Part shown: positions 1 through 10,387 of the stretch, one piece after another | Layout: each line of letters starts with the position of its first letter | How positions within the stretch are numbered: the first letter of the stretch is position 1 | Made by a program: the position numbers and the translations under genes | The notes under the pieces: model-generated | Databases searched by the model: none | What the model saw: only the letters and a program-made list of their open reading frames with translations | What the model was told of the DNA's origin: nothing | From: a virus | Taxonomy: Duplodnaviria; Caudoviricetes | Direction: 5' to 3' (one strand) | IMG/VR virus record: IMGVR_UViG_3300047390_000093 | Span: 2,566-66,565 of that record | Length of the DNA: 64,000 nucleotides

Positions 1-296
1 TATCCATTGATGTCCCTCGTCGTTTCACTGACTTTTCTCACCTCCGGTAGTTTAACTGAAAACACTGGTAGGTTGCTATCTTGTCGCATAAAGAAAGCAA
101 TTAACGCAGTAGTCATAGCCGGTATACCAGCCCTGACACCTTCTATGCTACACAACAATAAACTGCGTGTCACCATTCCAAATGATGCATTGTCTGGAAC
201 GTGCATGGATTTCCAAGCGGAATCAAACTCAGGTCCTGCTGATGCCACAAAAGCTCCAAGTACTAAAAGGATCAATCGACCCCATGCAATATTCAT
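1..296 (-). CDS. small two-TM membrane protein, holin candidate (stop codon cut by window edge)
   Basis: Not in ORF track. ATG at 296 overlaps upstream TAA (TAATG). Reads MNIAWGRLILLVLGAFVASAGPEF...GIPAMTTALIAFFMRQ...RDING, 98 codons then TA at the edge. Two hydrophobic segments, charged C-terminus. Confidence 0.45.
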   Translation of the reverse strand, partial: MNIAWGRLILLVLGAFVASAGPEFDSAWKSMHVPDNASFGMVTRSLLLCSIEGVRAGIPAMTTALIAFFMRQDSNLPVFSVKLPEVRKVSETTRDING

Positions 297-994
297 TACT
301 TACCTCCAGCTTGAATTACAGGTGGTACTGCAAAAATACCGTTAGGGCCTTTGTATGAGGGATCAAGCCGAGTCCATAATTGCATTCGGACTTGATCATA
401 CCAATCACCCCAAAACGCACGACCTACGATAGATGGGTCATCATAGTTTTTTAAAGCTATTTTACGAGCTGCATAGCAAGGCAGGGCTTGCATAAGTAAA
501 TCATCACTTATAAATGAAAATGTTCCGGCTCCAGCTGTAATAACTGCCGGTAATCCAGAACCATGTGCAATAAATGAAATTGAAGTAGATGGAACAGGGT
601 AAAACCCAATATTGCTATAACCAGCTTCATACCAATGCGTAGGTGTGCCAGCAGTTGCCGTGTAACCCAAATCGTAAGAACGCAACTCATTTTCACCACA
701 ATGAATAATAGGTGTGGAGCCACTATTAATTCGGACTGTCAACGGAAATGCCAAAACGGAACTACTTAAATCATATGTCCGACCAGTATGCGACGCTGCT
801 GAAAGAGTCGTAGGTAAATATACACATGTCCGACACATATCAATTGCAGCATCATTTAAATACTGCAATATCACATCGTTACTAGAAGTTGTGACGCCAC
901 CTACACCATCTGGTAGTTCAGCAATAACAGAATCAAAAGGTTCGTTTAATAACCTTAGTGTTTCATTTTTAAGATCAACAAACCCTTTTGCCAT
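296..994 (-). CDS. putative head-tail adaptor/connector protein (copy 2)
   Basis: Position after capsid/decoration genes. Adaptor-like pattern: N-terminal helices, PTHWY...IGFYPVP, C-terminal helix ALPCYAARKIA. Confidence 0.5.
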   Translation of the reverse strand: MAKGFVDLKNETLRLLNEPFDSVIAELPDGVGGVTTSSNDVILQYLNDAAIDMCRTCVYLPTTLSAASHTGRTYDLSSSVLAFPLTVRINSGSTPIIHCGENELRSYDLGYTATAGTPTHWYEAGYSNIGFYPVPSTSISFIAHGSGLPAVITAGAGTFSFISDDLLMQALPCYAARKIALKNYDDPSIVGRAFWGDWYDQVRMQLWTRLDPSYKGPNGIFAVPPVIQAGGK

Positions 995-1641
995 TAGCGA
1001 GTTCTCCTAGCATAGGTACTTGCGTAATTCTCAACCATTGCAAGGCGCTGTAAATACTCAGGCTTAAAAATCTGCATTGCGGTTGCGTCTGCCATCTGCA
1101 TTCCACGAGCTTGCAATACAGCATAAACCAAACAGTCGTGTGCAACTTCAGGTAAAGGACATTCTGTTGCATCTGTATTTGCTAGTGCTCCTCCAGCAGA
1201 ATCGTAGGCCCAATTGTCACCGGGTTGGGCATAACCCTCAATTAAAAGGCCATTAGTTAAGGTTGCGTTTACAGCAGGATAAACACTGAGGTTGTTCATA
1301 CCACGCAAGACAACAATTTCAGGTCTTTGATCACTAGCTAAATTACGCCAGTCATCTATGTATTGATTACTATAGTCAAACAGGCGCACTTTCTGATACT
1401 CGTTATTTGTGTCTAACAGTTTAATTACTTTAATTCGGTAAATATCTGGTGCGCAATAGTCATTTACATCAACAGTTAAATCTAAATACCGTCTGCCAAC
1501 CAGACAGTCCGTTTGACGGGCTATCTGATTGGCTTGTTCGATAATTAAATAATCTAGGCCAAATGGGTCACGATCTGCATCAGTGCCAAAGTAGTTCCTA
1601 CCCAGCATCCTAACATTACGTTTGATTTGACCTAGATTCAT
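994..1641 (-). CDS. putative head-tail adaptor/connector protein (copy 1)
   Basis: MNLGQIKRNVR N-terminus, PEIVV...LSVYPAV, LPEVAHDCLVYAVLQARG. Synteny after capsid genes. Confidence 0.5.
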   Translation of the reverse strand: MNLGQIKRNVRMLGRNYFGTDADRDPFGLDYLIIEQANQIARQTDCLVGRRYLDLTVDVNDYCAPDIYRIKVIKLLDTNNEYQKVRLFDYSNQYIDDWRNLASDQRPEIVVLRGMNNLSVYPAVNATLTNGLLIEGYAQPGDNWAYDSAGGALANTDATECPLPEVAHDCLVYAVLQARGMQMADATAMQIFKPEYLQRLAMVENYASTYARRTR

Positions 1642-1643
1642 AA

Positions 1644-2480
1644 TTAAACCGAGCCTTCACGTCCGGTCTGAATTGCTGTGCGAGTGATACTAATAGTAGC
1701 ATTAGTACGTGCTGTAGTAGCAACCCACCGTACACGCAAGAACTTGTTGTAAGACATAACTGGAACAGACAGAATCTGCGAGTTAACATCTTGATACACA
1801 CTAAGTACAACGTTAAATGTACCAGCTGCAGAAATTGCAGTGCTGAACGTAACAGTTTGGTTAACTGCAATTCCAGCAGCACTTGCTAACGTCACACTTG
1901 TAACGTTAGTAATTAGAGCACCACCACGAGTTGTAGAAATTGTAGCTACGTTCGTTGTAGTGTTAATAGCTGACACAAAGTATGCAGTCGTCGCAGTAAT
2001 CGTTGGACTTGCAGATGTTACAACTACTGCAGGAACAGTGAAGGAAACTAGTGGCGTAAATGCCTGTGTCGCCACAACTGTAGATGCAGATGGTGTAAAT
2101 CCAAGCGTGTTACTCGAATGGACTTCACATGTAAGTACATCATTTGCAGCCAACTGGTTAGTAGTTAACGCGGATGTAATATACAGCGGTGTGAGGATCT
2201 GCCCACGAACATAGTCGCCTGCATCTACTGCACCACTCATGTCGTTATCCATGACTGAACCACTTACACCATTAGTAAGTAATCCACCATAGTTAAGTTC
2301 AAGTGCGTTTAAGTTAACAGCACCAGCGGTTACAGCAGCTGCTTGTGTATAGAGAATACCTTGATTGTAGGTGGTTCCACTAATAACAGTTGTTGGACCT
2401 TGACCAGCAGATTGCATTGTTCCGCTAGTGCCAGTTACAGCTGCGTTTGGGTATAAGAACGTAAGTTTAGCGTCGCGCAT
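1644..2480 (-). CDS. putative capsid decoration/cement protein (Bbp16-like) with T/A/V-rich insertion
   Basis: Directly after MCP. MRDAKLTF start, CEVHSSN and KFLRVRW motifs resemble Bbp16-type cement proteins. Beta-rich. Confidence 0.45.
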   Translation of the reverse strand: MRDAKLTFLYPNAAVTGTSGTMQSAGQGPTTVISGTTYNQGILYTQAAAVTAGAVNLNALELNYGGLLTNGVSGSVMDNDMSGAVDAGDYVRGQILTPLYITSALTTNQLAANDVLTCEVHSSNTLGFTPSASTVVATQAFTPLVSFTVPAVVVTSASPTITATTAYFVSAINTTTNVATISTTRGGALITNVTSVTLASAAGIAVNQTVTFSTAISAAGTFNVVLSVYQDVNSQILSVPVMSYNKFLRVRWVATTARTNATISITRTAIQTGREGSV

Positions 2481-2492
2481 ATCATTATCTCC

Positions 2493-3506
2493 TTAGTTAG
2501 TCGCCAACCGTAAACGTGCGAGAGAACGTGTGTTAGGCATCCAGAGACCCATACCCCAGTCGAATAGGACGTTATGCATAATGCCGTTTTCCTTCGACTT
2601 GCCTAAGTACTCAGGCTTGAATGGGCCAGACTGCCAACCCTGTACATAACCAGTGCCGTAACGAACAGCGTAAACATCAGCAAAGTTAGCAGGAGCACTA
2701 ATGACTGGCGTAGTACCGTCAACTTTGCGTCCAACAGTACGGATCTTAGCGCCCTTGAACGAATCGACATTGCGGTCAAATGCGTCCTTATTAGCATCAA
2801 AACCAGTACCAGATCCAAGAGCACGAATGACAAACTCAAAGCGACGCTTTGTTTCTTCATTCATGTACAGGACAACGCCAGTTCCATCAGGTGCATTTAA
2901 GTTATCAAACATCTCTTGCAATGCAGACATAGTTCCATTAGCTTCAAGAGCGTTGTAGGAAGAAGTAGTGTCAAGGGATGCAAGTGTAGATGCTGGCTGA
3001 ATAAGACAGTCTTGTGGAATGTCAAACATTGCACGGTTTTCTAAACGATAACGTAATCCCGGAAAACAATCTGGGCTATTATTAGCAGCAAGAGACGTTG
3101 GGTCGTTATTAATGAACTTGTCATTAAAATCGTATGCAAAGCCTTCTAAGAAAATCTTGATCTGTGCTTCTACAGGATCAATGATGTTGTTTGGTTGGTC
3201 AAGCAAACGGGAGTCAACCGTAATCTTATTACGGATGAGGTACATCTGCTCTTCGTACGACTTTGGCTTACCCTTGACTGCGTTTGGTTCACCGTTAATG
3301 GTAGACCACGTCGGCATTGGGATTGTGCCAGCTTCGTTCGTATAGCGAACACCAACCTGTCGTAAAGAAGGCGATGTGTAGAAAGGGATGTCCTTGATTG
3401 CGTTCCATGTCTGGTGCAGAGACATGGTGATTTCTTTTACAAGAGGATCGTTTGAAAGGACAGCTTGATCTGCGAGTGTAAGTGCACCGTTAAAATCGAT
3501 AGCCAT
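2493..3506 (-). CDS. major capsid protein (HK97 fold)
   Basis: 337 aa after portal and scaffold, strong SD (AGGAG). C-terminal FDWGMGL...RSLARLR pattern is typical of phage MCPs. Confidence 0.75.
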   Translation of the reverse strand: MAIDFNGALTLADQAVLSNDPLVKEITMSLHQTWNAIKDIPFYTSPSLRQVGVRYTNEAGTIPMPTWSTINGEPNAVKGKPKSYEEQMYLIRNKITVDSRLLDQPNNIIDPVEAQIKIFLEGFAYDFNDKFINNDPTSLAANNSPDCFPGLRYRLENRAMFDIPQDCLIQPASTLASLDTTSSYNALEANGTMSALQEMFDNLNAPDGTGVVLYMNEETKRRFEFVIRALGSGTGFDANKDAFDRNVDSFKGAKIRTVGRKVDGTTPVISAPANFADVYAVRYGTGYVQGWQSGPFKPEYLGKSKENGIMHNVLFDWGMGLWMPNTRSLARLRLATN

Positions 3507-3515
3507 TGGTTACTC

Positions 3516-4376
3516 CTAACGCCCAATACCTAGCAAACGCGTTATTCCTGATAACGCACTTCGCTGTTGTTGCTGGGGCTGTACTACTGGTTGTGCTGAA
3601 GAACTCGTATCAATTGGGGTTGGTACTGTTCGTCGTTCATTTACAAGATCGAGCAATTCTGGAACGAGTGATTCGACTAATCCTTGTACTTGATTGTGTA
3701 CGGCTCTAGCTGCTTCAGTTGGAGCAATACCTGACTGGATTAATTGATCTACTACATCCTCTGCTCGACGTGCATATGGGAATTGCTCAAATGCCTCAAC
3801 TCTTTGTTGAGTGACCATGTAGTTGTTCATCTGGGATACAACTTGGTCGTACCGAAACTTATTTACTTCAGCTTCGGCATATGCATTTGCAGCATCAGGA
3901 TCCATATATTCGGTAGAGATTTTGTCACTCCACCTAGTACGGATGGCCTGTTCTTGTTTAGCAATCTCCTGTTGCTGTAATGCTTTTTGAACATCAGCCG
4001 CAGATTTGAAACCGCTATTTTCAAACTGATTTATAACATCAGCCCACCGCCCAAACGCTTCTTGTTGTTGCTTTAAAGCTTTCGCTTCTTCATTAACTTC
4101 ACGAAATCGTTCATACGGAACATTAGATGGTTGCTCTGGAGCAACTGAATCTAATAGTTTTTGCTTAACAACACTCTGAATATCTTTATCTTGAAAAGCA
4201 TCAATATATTCGTTATTGTCAATTGCGTCTGCTGGTTCGCTCTGTGTGTTTAACGCCCGGTTATCAAAGCTATCGGAATCGGCGGCATCCCGTACAAAAT
4301 CCATCAACGCTCCACCAACATTGCCCGTTGCCGCTGCTGGCGAGTCAGCGGTTCGTGTCACCATCTCTTCGGACAT
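3516..4376 (-). CDS. capsid scaffolding protein
   Basis: Between portal and MCP. Acidic, coiled-coil, with the VPYERFREVNEE motif common in scaffolds. Confidence 0.65.
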   Translation of the reverse strand: MSEEMVTRTADSPAAATGNVGGALMDFVRDAADSDSFDNRALNTQSEPADAIDNNEYIDAFQDKDIQSVVKQKLLDSVAPEQPSNVPYERFREVNEEAKALKQQQEAFGRWADVINQFENSGFKSAADVQKALQQQEIAKQEQAIRTRWSDKISTEYMDPDAANAYAEAEVNKFRYDQVVSQMNNYMVTQQRVEAFEQFPYARRAEDVVDQLIQSGIAPTEAARAVHNQVQGLVESLVPELLDLVNERRTVPTPIDTSSSAQPVVQPQQQQRSALSGITRLLGIGR

Positions 4377-6572
4377 TTACATCATACCTTCTTGTTCTGA
4401 AAAATTGCCAGTCTGTTCTGGCGGCATGGCTTGCATCAATCGTTGCTTACCAAGATCTGTAATTGCATTATCCTCATTAGCTGCAGCCTGTAGTCCGGCC
4501 TTGGCTGATTCAAGTGCAATATCTGCTTCAAGTTGCGCTTGAATTTCAGTTGTACGCTTCTGAATTTCAAGCTGCGTTTTCATTTGTTCTGCTTCTGGGT
4601 CAAATTGTTTTGCACTAGATTGAGCAGCTTGTTGTTGTTGCATCATCATCATTTGCTGCTGTTGCATCTCTTGTTGTTTCTGAGCTTGCCCTTCAAGGTG
4701 CTGATATATCCTAGATGCATTTGGCATGTTAGTTAATTCAACGAACAAACGGTTTGTCTCAGGATCTGTCGGATCTCCGAATACACCCATCTGTCTCAAT
4801 GCAGCCATCTTTTGTAAGCGTTGATCAGGACTATCTTCCATTGATGAGCCGGGGATGTACACAATCCTAAATTGACCACCAGACTTCAATGCATCAAATC
4901 GCATTACACCTTGTCGAATCTGGTCTTGCGGTAGCATTTTGCCTTGTATATTTCCGACAAATGGGACAATGCCAAACTGTGCAACTAACGATACTTCCCA
5001 TTCTTTAATTTTAGCTGCACTAATTTCAATATCGGCTCGGATAAATGAGTGCTGAGTATTATCGCTACGTTGCAGTAAACGCACTGCTTCAGCTGGCGTA
5101 CCAGCTGCTGCCTGACCTTGAGACACGTCATGCAATCCCGCAATGTCCATCATGTCTCGCTCAATAAATTGAAGTAATGGAAAAAGATCCGACCCAATAC
5201 CCGGTGCTCTTTGAATAGTTGGAGGATGGCTTCCACGCATATAGTTAATACGGCGATAGATTCGATTCTTGTCATCAATATCATCACCGCTGTTATCGTA
5301 GGCATCTGCTCCAACACCACTTAAATTCTCAACAAGAACGTAATCCTTCTGCCCCTCAAATTGTTCGAGTAGTCGAGAATACACACGATTATAAGTAGAC
5401 TGAAGTGCAGTTAAGTCAAAACCAAGCGAGTATCCGTAAGGAGTTCCTGCCCTTGGTTGCCACCGTAAAGGTATAAAAGGAAAAGAGTCTTTCTTTTTAT
5501 AAGGCCAGATGCCAGCATATAGTAAACAACTATTAGTTGAAACAATGTATCTACCATCAGGATACAAAGCAGATGGTTTTTCCCAGTATTCATATACAAC
5601 TGCAGCCATCTTTTTTGTGTCTTGATTAGTTAAATTTGCAGTAGATGGTGGGACCCATCCTCGACCAGAACCGTTAGTGCCATGAAGATAACTATCAATA
5701 TAACCACTGTTAACACCAGACATCGCATCAGGTTTAACCGCTTTACCAGCCTCTCCATAAGAGTCAACAAACCACGAAAGTGGTTTAACCATAGCATGCA
5801 TCATCCAGCGAACATCATCATCTCGTTTGGCTGTTGGGTCAAGATACACGTCAAATGCTGGAAGTATTTGCTCTACTACATCACCAACGCGCATAGTTGT
5901 GTGACCAACGACTTCTTGAGCAGTAGCATCCATCTGTGGGACAACTTGTTCTCGGTTGTTATCCCAAAAAACTTTGACGTATGAAGTTCCACAAACGCAA
6001 GCCCAGCGCACACGTTCTTTTGTTTGTGTTTCACGGTCGTACTTACGATTGTAATGACTCAGTAAATAGTTGGCTTCATCAGATGCAGCTAGGTCAACAG
6101 GATTGTGACTAATAGGTACAGCAGTAACATCGGGCGCACACTGCGTCAACTTGCCGACTACACCATCAATAAGAGGTCTAATCTTATTGACAGTCATATA
6201 CCTATTTGGCTCATTTGGATTCTGTAATTGAATTAGATTTCGAGTCTGGCTATTAATACGCAACCACTGACGCCCTTCAAAAAAAGCGGTTGCCATAACC
6301 CACTCTAATTCCATTTCCTGCCTAGACCTATACGCAATATCAAATTGCTCTTTAACAAATGTTGTTATTTTTTTAGCTTCATCTGGATCATCTTTAGGAC
6401 TGACTTTCCAATCCTTATTATCAAGGTCAAGTTTTAAGTTGTTTTTGTCATCTCTGTCAATGCTTTTAATTGGAAAAGAGCCGACTGTGCCAGTAGCGTC
6501 TTTACGTTGAAATGCGCTTACTTTAGGTTGATTTTCCTGCATACTCTGCATAACCATGCTGCGTAAATCCAT
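4377..6572 (-). CDS. portal protein (P22-like)
   Basis: 731 aa after TerL. FFEGRQW, NKIRPLIDGVVGKL, WACVCGTSYVKVFWD, PFIPL motifs and a long Q/M-rich C-terminal barrel helix. Confidence 0.85.
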   Translation of the reverse strand: MDLRSMVMQSMQENQPKVSAFQRKDATGTVGSFPIKSIDRDDKNNLKLDLDNKDWKVSPKDDPDEAKKITTFVKEQFDIAYRSRQEMELEWVMATAFFEGRQWLRINSQTRNLIQLQNPNEPNRYMTVNKIRPLIDGVVGKLTQCAPDVTAVPISHNPVDLAASDEANYLLSHYNRKYDRETQTKERVRWACVCGTSYVKVFWDNNREQVVPQMDATAQEVVGHTTMRVGDVVEQILPAFDVYLDPTAKRDDDVRWMMHAMVKPLSWFVDSYGEAGKAVKPDAMSGVNSGYIDSYLHGTNGSGRGWVPPSTANLTNQDTKKMAAVVYEYWEKPSALYPDGRYIVSTNSCLLYAGIWPYKKKDSFPFIPLRWQPRAGTPYGYSLGFDLTALQSTYNRVYSRLLEQFEGQKDYVLVENLSGVGADAYDNSGDDIDDKNRIYRRINYMRGSHPPTIQRAPGIGSDLFPLLQFIERDMMDIAGLHDVSQGQAAAGTPAEAVRLLQRSDNTQHSFIRADIEISAAKIKEWEVSLVAQFGIVPFVGNIQGKMLPQDQIRQGVMRFDALKSGGQFRIVYIPGSSMEDSPDQRLQKMAALRQMGVFGDPTDPETNRLFVELTNMPNASRIYQHLEGQAQKQQEMQQQQMMMMQQQQAAQSSAKQFDPEAEQMKTQLEIQKRTTEIQAQLEADIALESAKAGLQAAANEDNAITDLGKQRLMQAMPPEQTGNFSEQEGMM

Positions 6573-6575
6573 TTG

Positions 6576-6734
6576 TTACACCCACTTCTCTGCGCTATTA
6601 ATTTGCGCAATTAATACACGCTCGTCTTTAATTTGCTGTAAACAGATCTGAATCCTATACAACAAAATTACGTGGCACATTCCTACTATTAAACATCCAA
6701 TAATCATAAAAAGTAATACAGTTGTTAAAGCCAT
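6576..6734 (-). CDS. small single-TM protein (52 aa)
   Basis: Not in ORF track. MALTTVLLFMIIGCLIVGMCHVILLYRIQICLQQIKDERVLIAQINSAEKWV fills the TerL-portal gap and overlaps the TerL stop. Confidence 0.6.
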   Translation of the reverse strand: MALTTVLLFMIIGCLIVGMCHVILLYRIQICLQQIKDERVLIAQINSAEKWV

Positions 6735-8473
6735 TCTTTATTATTACCTTTGTCTAACCATTTAGGTACATGTTTTGTATTGCGTGTTCCATCCAATCCT
6801 GTCTCTGGACATGTAACAGGAAACTCTCGCCACATAACTCCATACCTAAAACTATCAATTGCGTGATCGTTTTTAGTACCGCTATCAATATCTTCAGGAT
6901 CTCTTGGGTGTGCCATAGTATTTGAAAGTTGTTTAATTAAGTTTGGACATGCGCCACGTACTATTTGCAGTTTAGGTTTAGGCGCTCCACCCACTACTGA
7001 TGTAGCTTCAAGCCACTCCTTCACACGTCGCCAACCAGCTTTTCTATCTTTAACCGCTCTAACAGCTGGTAAACTTCGCTCCCACCAAACCTCTACTGGA
7101 TACTCACCAATTCGTTCGTCTGGATTTTTAGGTGGAAATGTATTTGCCCAGTCGAACGCGATAGCTTCTAATTTTGTATTCCATTTACCATCACGTAATT
7201 TTGTGTTGCTAGGCTCACCCATTTTGTACTTTTCTAATAGGTCAAGTACACGTTGTGCTTGCGCAGAACTGACAAGGCCTTGCTCGTACATTTCACCTAT
7301 AACGTATACGTTCTCGCTATCGTCACTGGCATACAGTAAGAAACATGCAGGTGCGCCTGTACCAAAGTCGTGGCTGCCCCATACGCGCCACCATGGCTGA
7401 ATATCTACAGACTCAACGACATGCCATGGTTGACCATCAGATGAGTACTCTCTAAACGTGTTAAAGAATAAACCTCCTACTCCAACCTCATGTTGACACT
7501 CACGTAAAAACGACATTAATCCATAGGTGTCAATTTCTTGCTGGCAAACCTCTATTGTCTTGTGCTCCCACATAGGTGTGCCTGATGTTATTTTGTAACC
7601 AACACGACCATCTTCACGTTCAAATGTGTCGTACTGCAAATCTTTTATTGCTGGAACTATTGGTGATTGAATTCTATTTTGCAACATGTCCAGCTCACCA
7701 CTCAGTACGTGAGACATGACACTGTTAGCGTGAATTCTATTCTGCACAAAAACAACAGCACAATCAGTACTTCGTGCGGGAAGAATTGTTTGTGTAATAG
7801 TTCTAATTTTTTTATCTACTGCATTTACTGAGTCATCTAATTCGTCAATGTCGTCTAGGATAATCATGTCTGGACGCAAGTGATCTAACTTTACACCACG
7901 TGCGCCGGTATCTAACCCAAAAGCTAAAACGTTGAATCCGTTAGCAGTACGTAACTTAGATGCATTCCAACCTCTACTAAAACCATATTTATTAATTGCT
8001 CGTTCAATACCACAGCGTTCCATTGCGGTAGCAATATCCTGAACGTGCCTATCTGCCATGTCTTGCGTTGCGCAAACATATACAACAAAACGCCGAGTAG
8101 CTTTAACTGCGAGTCTACTCACAATTAATTCCATTGTAGTTGATTTACCACCACCACGAAACCAACATTCGATTAATGCAGCTGGAGACTTAGATGGCTC
8201 TAATGACTCAGCCCATTGCCATGCACGGTGATGATGCTCTGCTAACCTACTACTTGCTGCATGTGGGGCATACGCTGACAACCAAGGCTCATACTCTAAT
8301 TCATGTCCCGGAAGTTTACTTGCAGTACCACTATCGTAGTCACCAACTTCGATTGCTTGCTGTAATTCATCTTCAAGCGCTTCTAATAACGCAACAGTGA
8401 GTGGCTTAGTTGGCTTAACGTATTTTCTAAATGCTCTTGGAGCAGCTTTACTCAGAGTCGTCTTGCTCATCAA
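6725..8473 (-). CDS. terL: terminase large subunit
   Basis: Walker A (FRGGGKST), Walker B (IILDDID), RNase H-like nuclease (GSHDFG...NDHAIDSFRYG). Confidence 0.92.
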   Translation of the reverse strand: MMSKTTLSKAAPRAFRKYVKPTKPLTVALLEALEDELQQAIEVGDYDSGTASKLPGHELEYEPWLSAYAPHAASSRLAEHHHRAWQWAESLEPSKSPAALIECWFRGGGKSTTMELIVSRLAVKATRRFVVYVCATQDMADRHVQDIATAMERCGIERAINKYGFSRGWNASKLRTANGFNVLAFGLDTGARGVKLDHLRPDMIILDDIDELDDSVNAVDKKIRTITQTILPARSTDCAVVFVQNRIHANSVMSHVLSGELDMLQNRIQSPIVPAIKDLQYDTFEREDGRVGYKITSGTPMWEHKTIEVCQQEIDTYGLMSFLRECQHEVGVGGLFFNTFREYSSDGQPWHVVESVDIQPWWRVWGSHDFGTGAPACFLLYASDDSENVYVIGEMYEQGLVSSAQAQRVLDLLEKYKMGEPSNTKLRDGKWNTKLEAIAFDWANTFPPKNPDERIGEYPVEVWWERSLPAVRAVKDRKAGWRRVKEWLEATSVVGGAPKPKLQIVRGACPNLIKQLSNTMAHPRDPEDIDSGTKNDHAIDSFRYGVMWREFPVTCPETGLDGTRNTKHVPKWLDKGNNKEWL

Positions 8474-9182
8474 TTACCTCTGCGTCAATTACATCATCCT
8501 GTTGATATTGTTTTAGCAATTTTGAAAATCCGGCTTTAATAGCAGACAGTTCATCTGCGTTTCTGACACAATCCTTTACTACTTTCAATATTTGCATCGC
8601 AAGGCTATATGCTTGATCAACCTCTAACGTGTAGGCTTTTGTGTGCATCATTCTAGCTTCAGCTTCAACGATCTCTGTGCGCTTATCAATGAGCTGTACA
8701 ACATCCTGACTTGCTCGATACACATCTATGCCTTCATTAATCATTTTCTCAAGTTGTTTAAATGCCTTGCTATATAATTCTTCGTCTGGAGCAGCCTTGC
8801 AAATCTTGATCTGGTCTCTAATTGTTTCGTAATGCTCTACCGATATTCCGTTGCTTGCAGCCTCTGCACGTACATCCATGAGTGCTGTCAAGTACGCAGC
8901 ATCATCACGCAAAGAAAACAGTTCTGGGTCTTCTCGTAATTCGTCAATTCTTTTTAAAAGCGTTGGTGCAACCTGACTAAATCTACGTCGCTGTTTAGTC
9001 CATAGTCCAGTTCTAAATTGCGGACTATCTGGACCAACTAACGCTTTTCCACCGTGATGACTACAATAGTCACGGCCACTTACAGCAATATTTGAACAAG
9101 CCGATCCATCACGTTTTTGCGCGACACATAATTTCATTTGTGCGCCATTTGGTAATGTGCGAACTCTAATTTCGGATGTCAT
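8448..9182 (-). CDS. putative terminase small subunit (HGG-type Cys/His N-domain)
   Basis: Overlaps TerL start. C-x(9)-C-x(10)-CSHHGG motif, helical body, acidic tail DVIDAEVIDE. Confidence 0.6.
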   Translation of the reverse strand: MTSEIRVRTLPNGAQMKLCVAQKRDGSACSNIAVSGRDYCSHHGGKALVGPDSPQFRTGLWTKQRRRFSQVAPTLLKRIDELREDPELFSLRDDAAYLTALMDVRAEAASNGISVEHYETIRDQIKICKAAPDEELYSKAFKQLEKMINEGIDVYRASQDVVQLIDKRTEIVEAEARMMHTKAYTLEVDQAYSLAMQILKVVKDCVRNADELSAIKAGFSKLLKQYQQDDVIDAEVIDEQDDSE

Positions 9183-10387
9183 TATTTCCTTGCCAATGGT
9201 GATTTACCAAACAATGATCTCATTGCACTTCCAAATTTGTCACCAATATTATTTACTTCATTTGCAACCTGACCTACAACTGGAGCAGCACTCAGTGCAG
9301 CCATTCCAAGATTTTTACGCATATCATTACCAAATTTAGATGCAATACTAGTAACACCCTTTTCTACGGTAGAAAAGTCTTTCATAAATCCGCGTTCACC
9401 TCTTGCTAAATCTGCTAGTTTTTCATCAGCAGCTTCTCTAGCAACAGGTAAATTTTTAGGAATAGTCATGGTTAATGGTCGTAGTATTTCAGCAGCTGCG
9501 GCATGACTTTGATTAGGCACACGCTGCATAGCATCACGATTTGTGGCTAAAGCATTTAGGTTTGTTGGAGATCGCTGATTACCATAGCCATAGGCCATAT
9601 CCTGTAATACTGGCAATGTATTACGATAAGCAATTTGTAGATTATCATCATTGATAAAATTATCTACTAATTTAAGTGCTTCTGCAGTTTTGCGTCCAGT
9701 GTTATTATTATTTATAGATTCACTTACAGCATTGTATGCTGGGGTCATTGCGTTATTTTTCGCTACCAACATAGCATTCATTACGTATGGGCTTATATTC
9801 GACTTAGTCACCTTGTTGTATAAAAATCCAAGACCCCTAACGCCAGCGTCAGTAGCTAAATCTAATCCTGTGATTGCAGCTAAACTAAGTAATGCGTTTA
9901 ACCTATCATCTGGATTTTCAGATTGAAACGCCGATGCTACCTGTGGACGCAATCCACCATAAAATGGAACGTCACCTGCAACACGAGCAGCTGGTCCTCT
10001 TGCTGCATCAACTGTAGCTCTTACAGCTTTCATTCCTTTAAGCGGAGGACCCGGAATAGCATTGGTAATAGGCGAGTCAATTGCTGATGTAAGAAATGGA
10101 AGAATTGTCGATGCAATACTTGAACTTGAATGTAATGCCTCTCCGGTTAACTTTTCTTTGGCCAGCTCTTTATTGTTAAAAGTCTCTGTTTTTTTAGGAG
10201 ATGTTGATTTACCACCTCTAAAATATTGATCATACGTAGCCGTAGGGTCATATGGTGTTTGATTATTTACACCCGCGTGTTTACTGCCAACCATCAATGG
10301 AAATAGTTCAGCCATCATCTGTTCGCGTTGAGCAGGTGTGAACTGTTGCTCTCGCGTTTTATTTTTTCCCTGTGGCATTTTGCTCAT
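9182..10387 (-). CDS. hypothetical 401-aa protein, possibly virion-internal
   Basis: Long ORF coupled to TerS (TAATG). A/G/N-rich amphipathic helices, no recognised motif. Confidence 0.6.
   Translation of the reverse strand: MSKMPQGKNKTREQQFTPAQREQMMAELFPLMVGSKHAGVNNQTPYDPTATYDQYFRGGKSTSPKKTETFNNKELAKEKLTGEALHSSSSIASTILPFLTSAIDSPITNAIPGPPLKGMKAVRATVDAARGPAARVAGDVPFYGGLRPQVASAFQSENPDDRLNALLSLAAITGLDLATDAGVRGLGFLYNKVTKSNISPYVMNAMLVAKNNAMTPAYNAVSESINNNNTGRKTAEALKLVDNFINDDNLQIAYRNTLPVLQDMAYGYGNQRSPTNLNALATNRDAMQRVPNQSHAAAAEILRPLTMTIPKNLPVAREAADEKLADLARGERGFMKDFSTVEKGVTSIASKFGNDMRKNLGMAALSAAPVVGQVANEVNNIGDKFGSAMRSLFGKSPLARK

Noticed and set aside
4620-4690. Poly-Q/M tract in portal as an unusual insertion
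   Set aside because: Q-rich coiled-coil barrels are normal at the C-terminus of P22-like portals.
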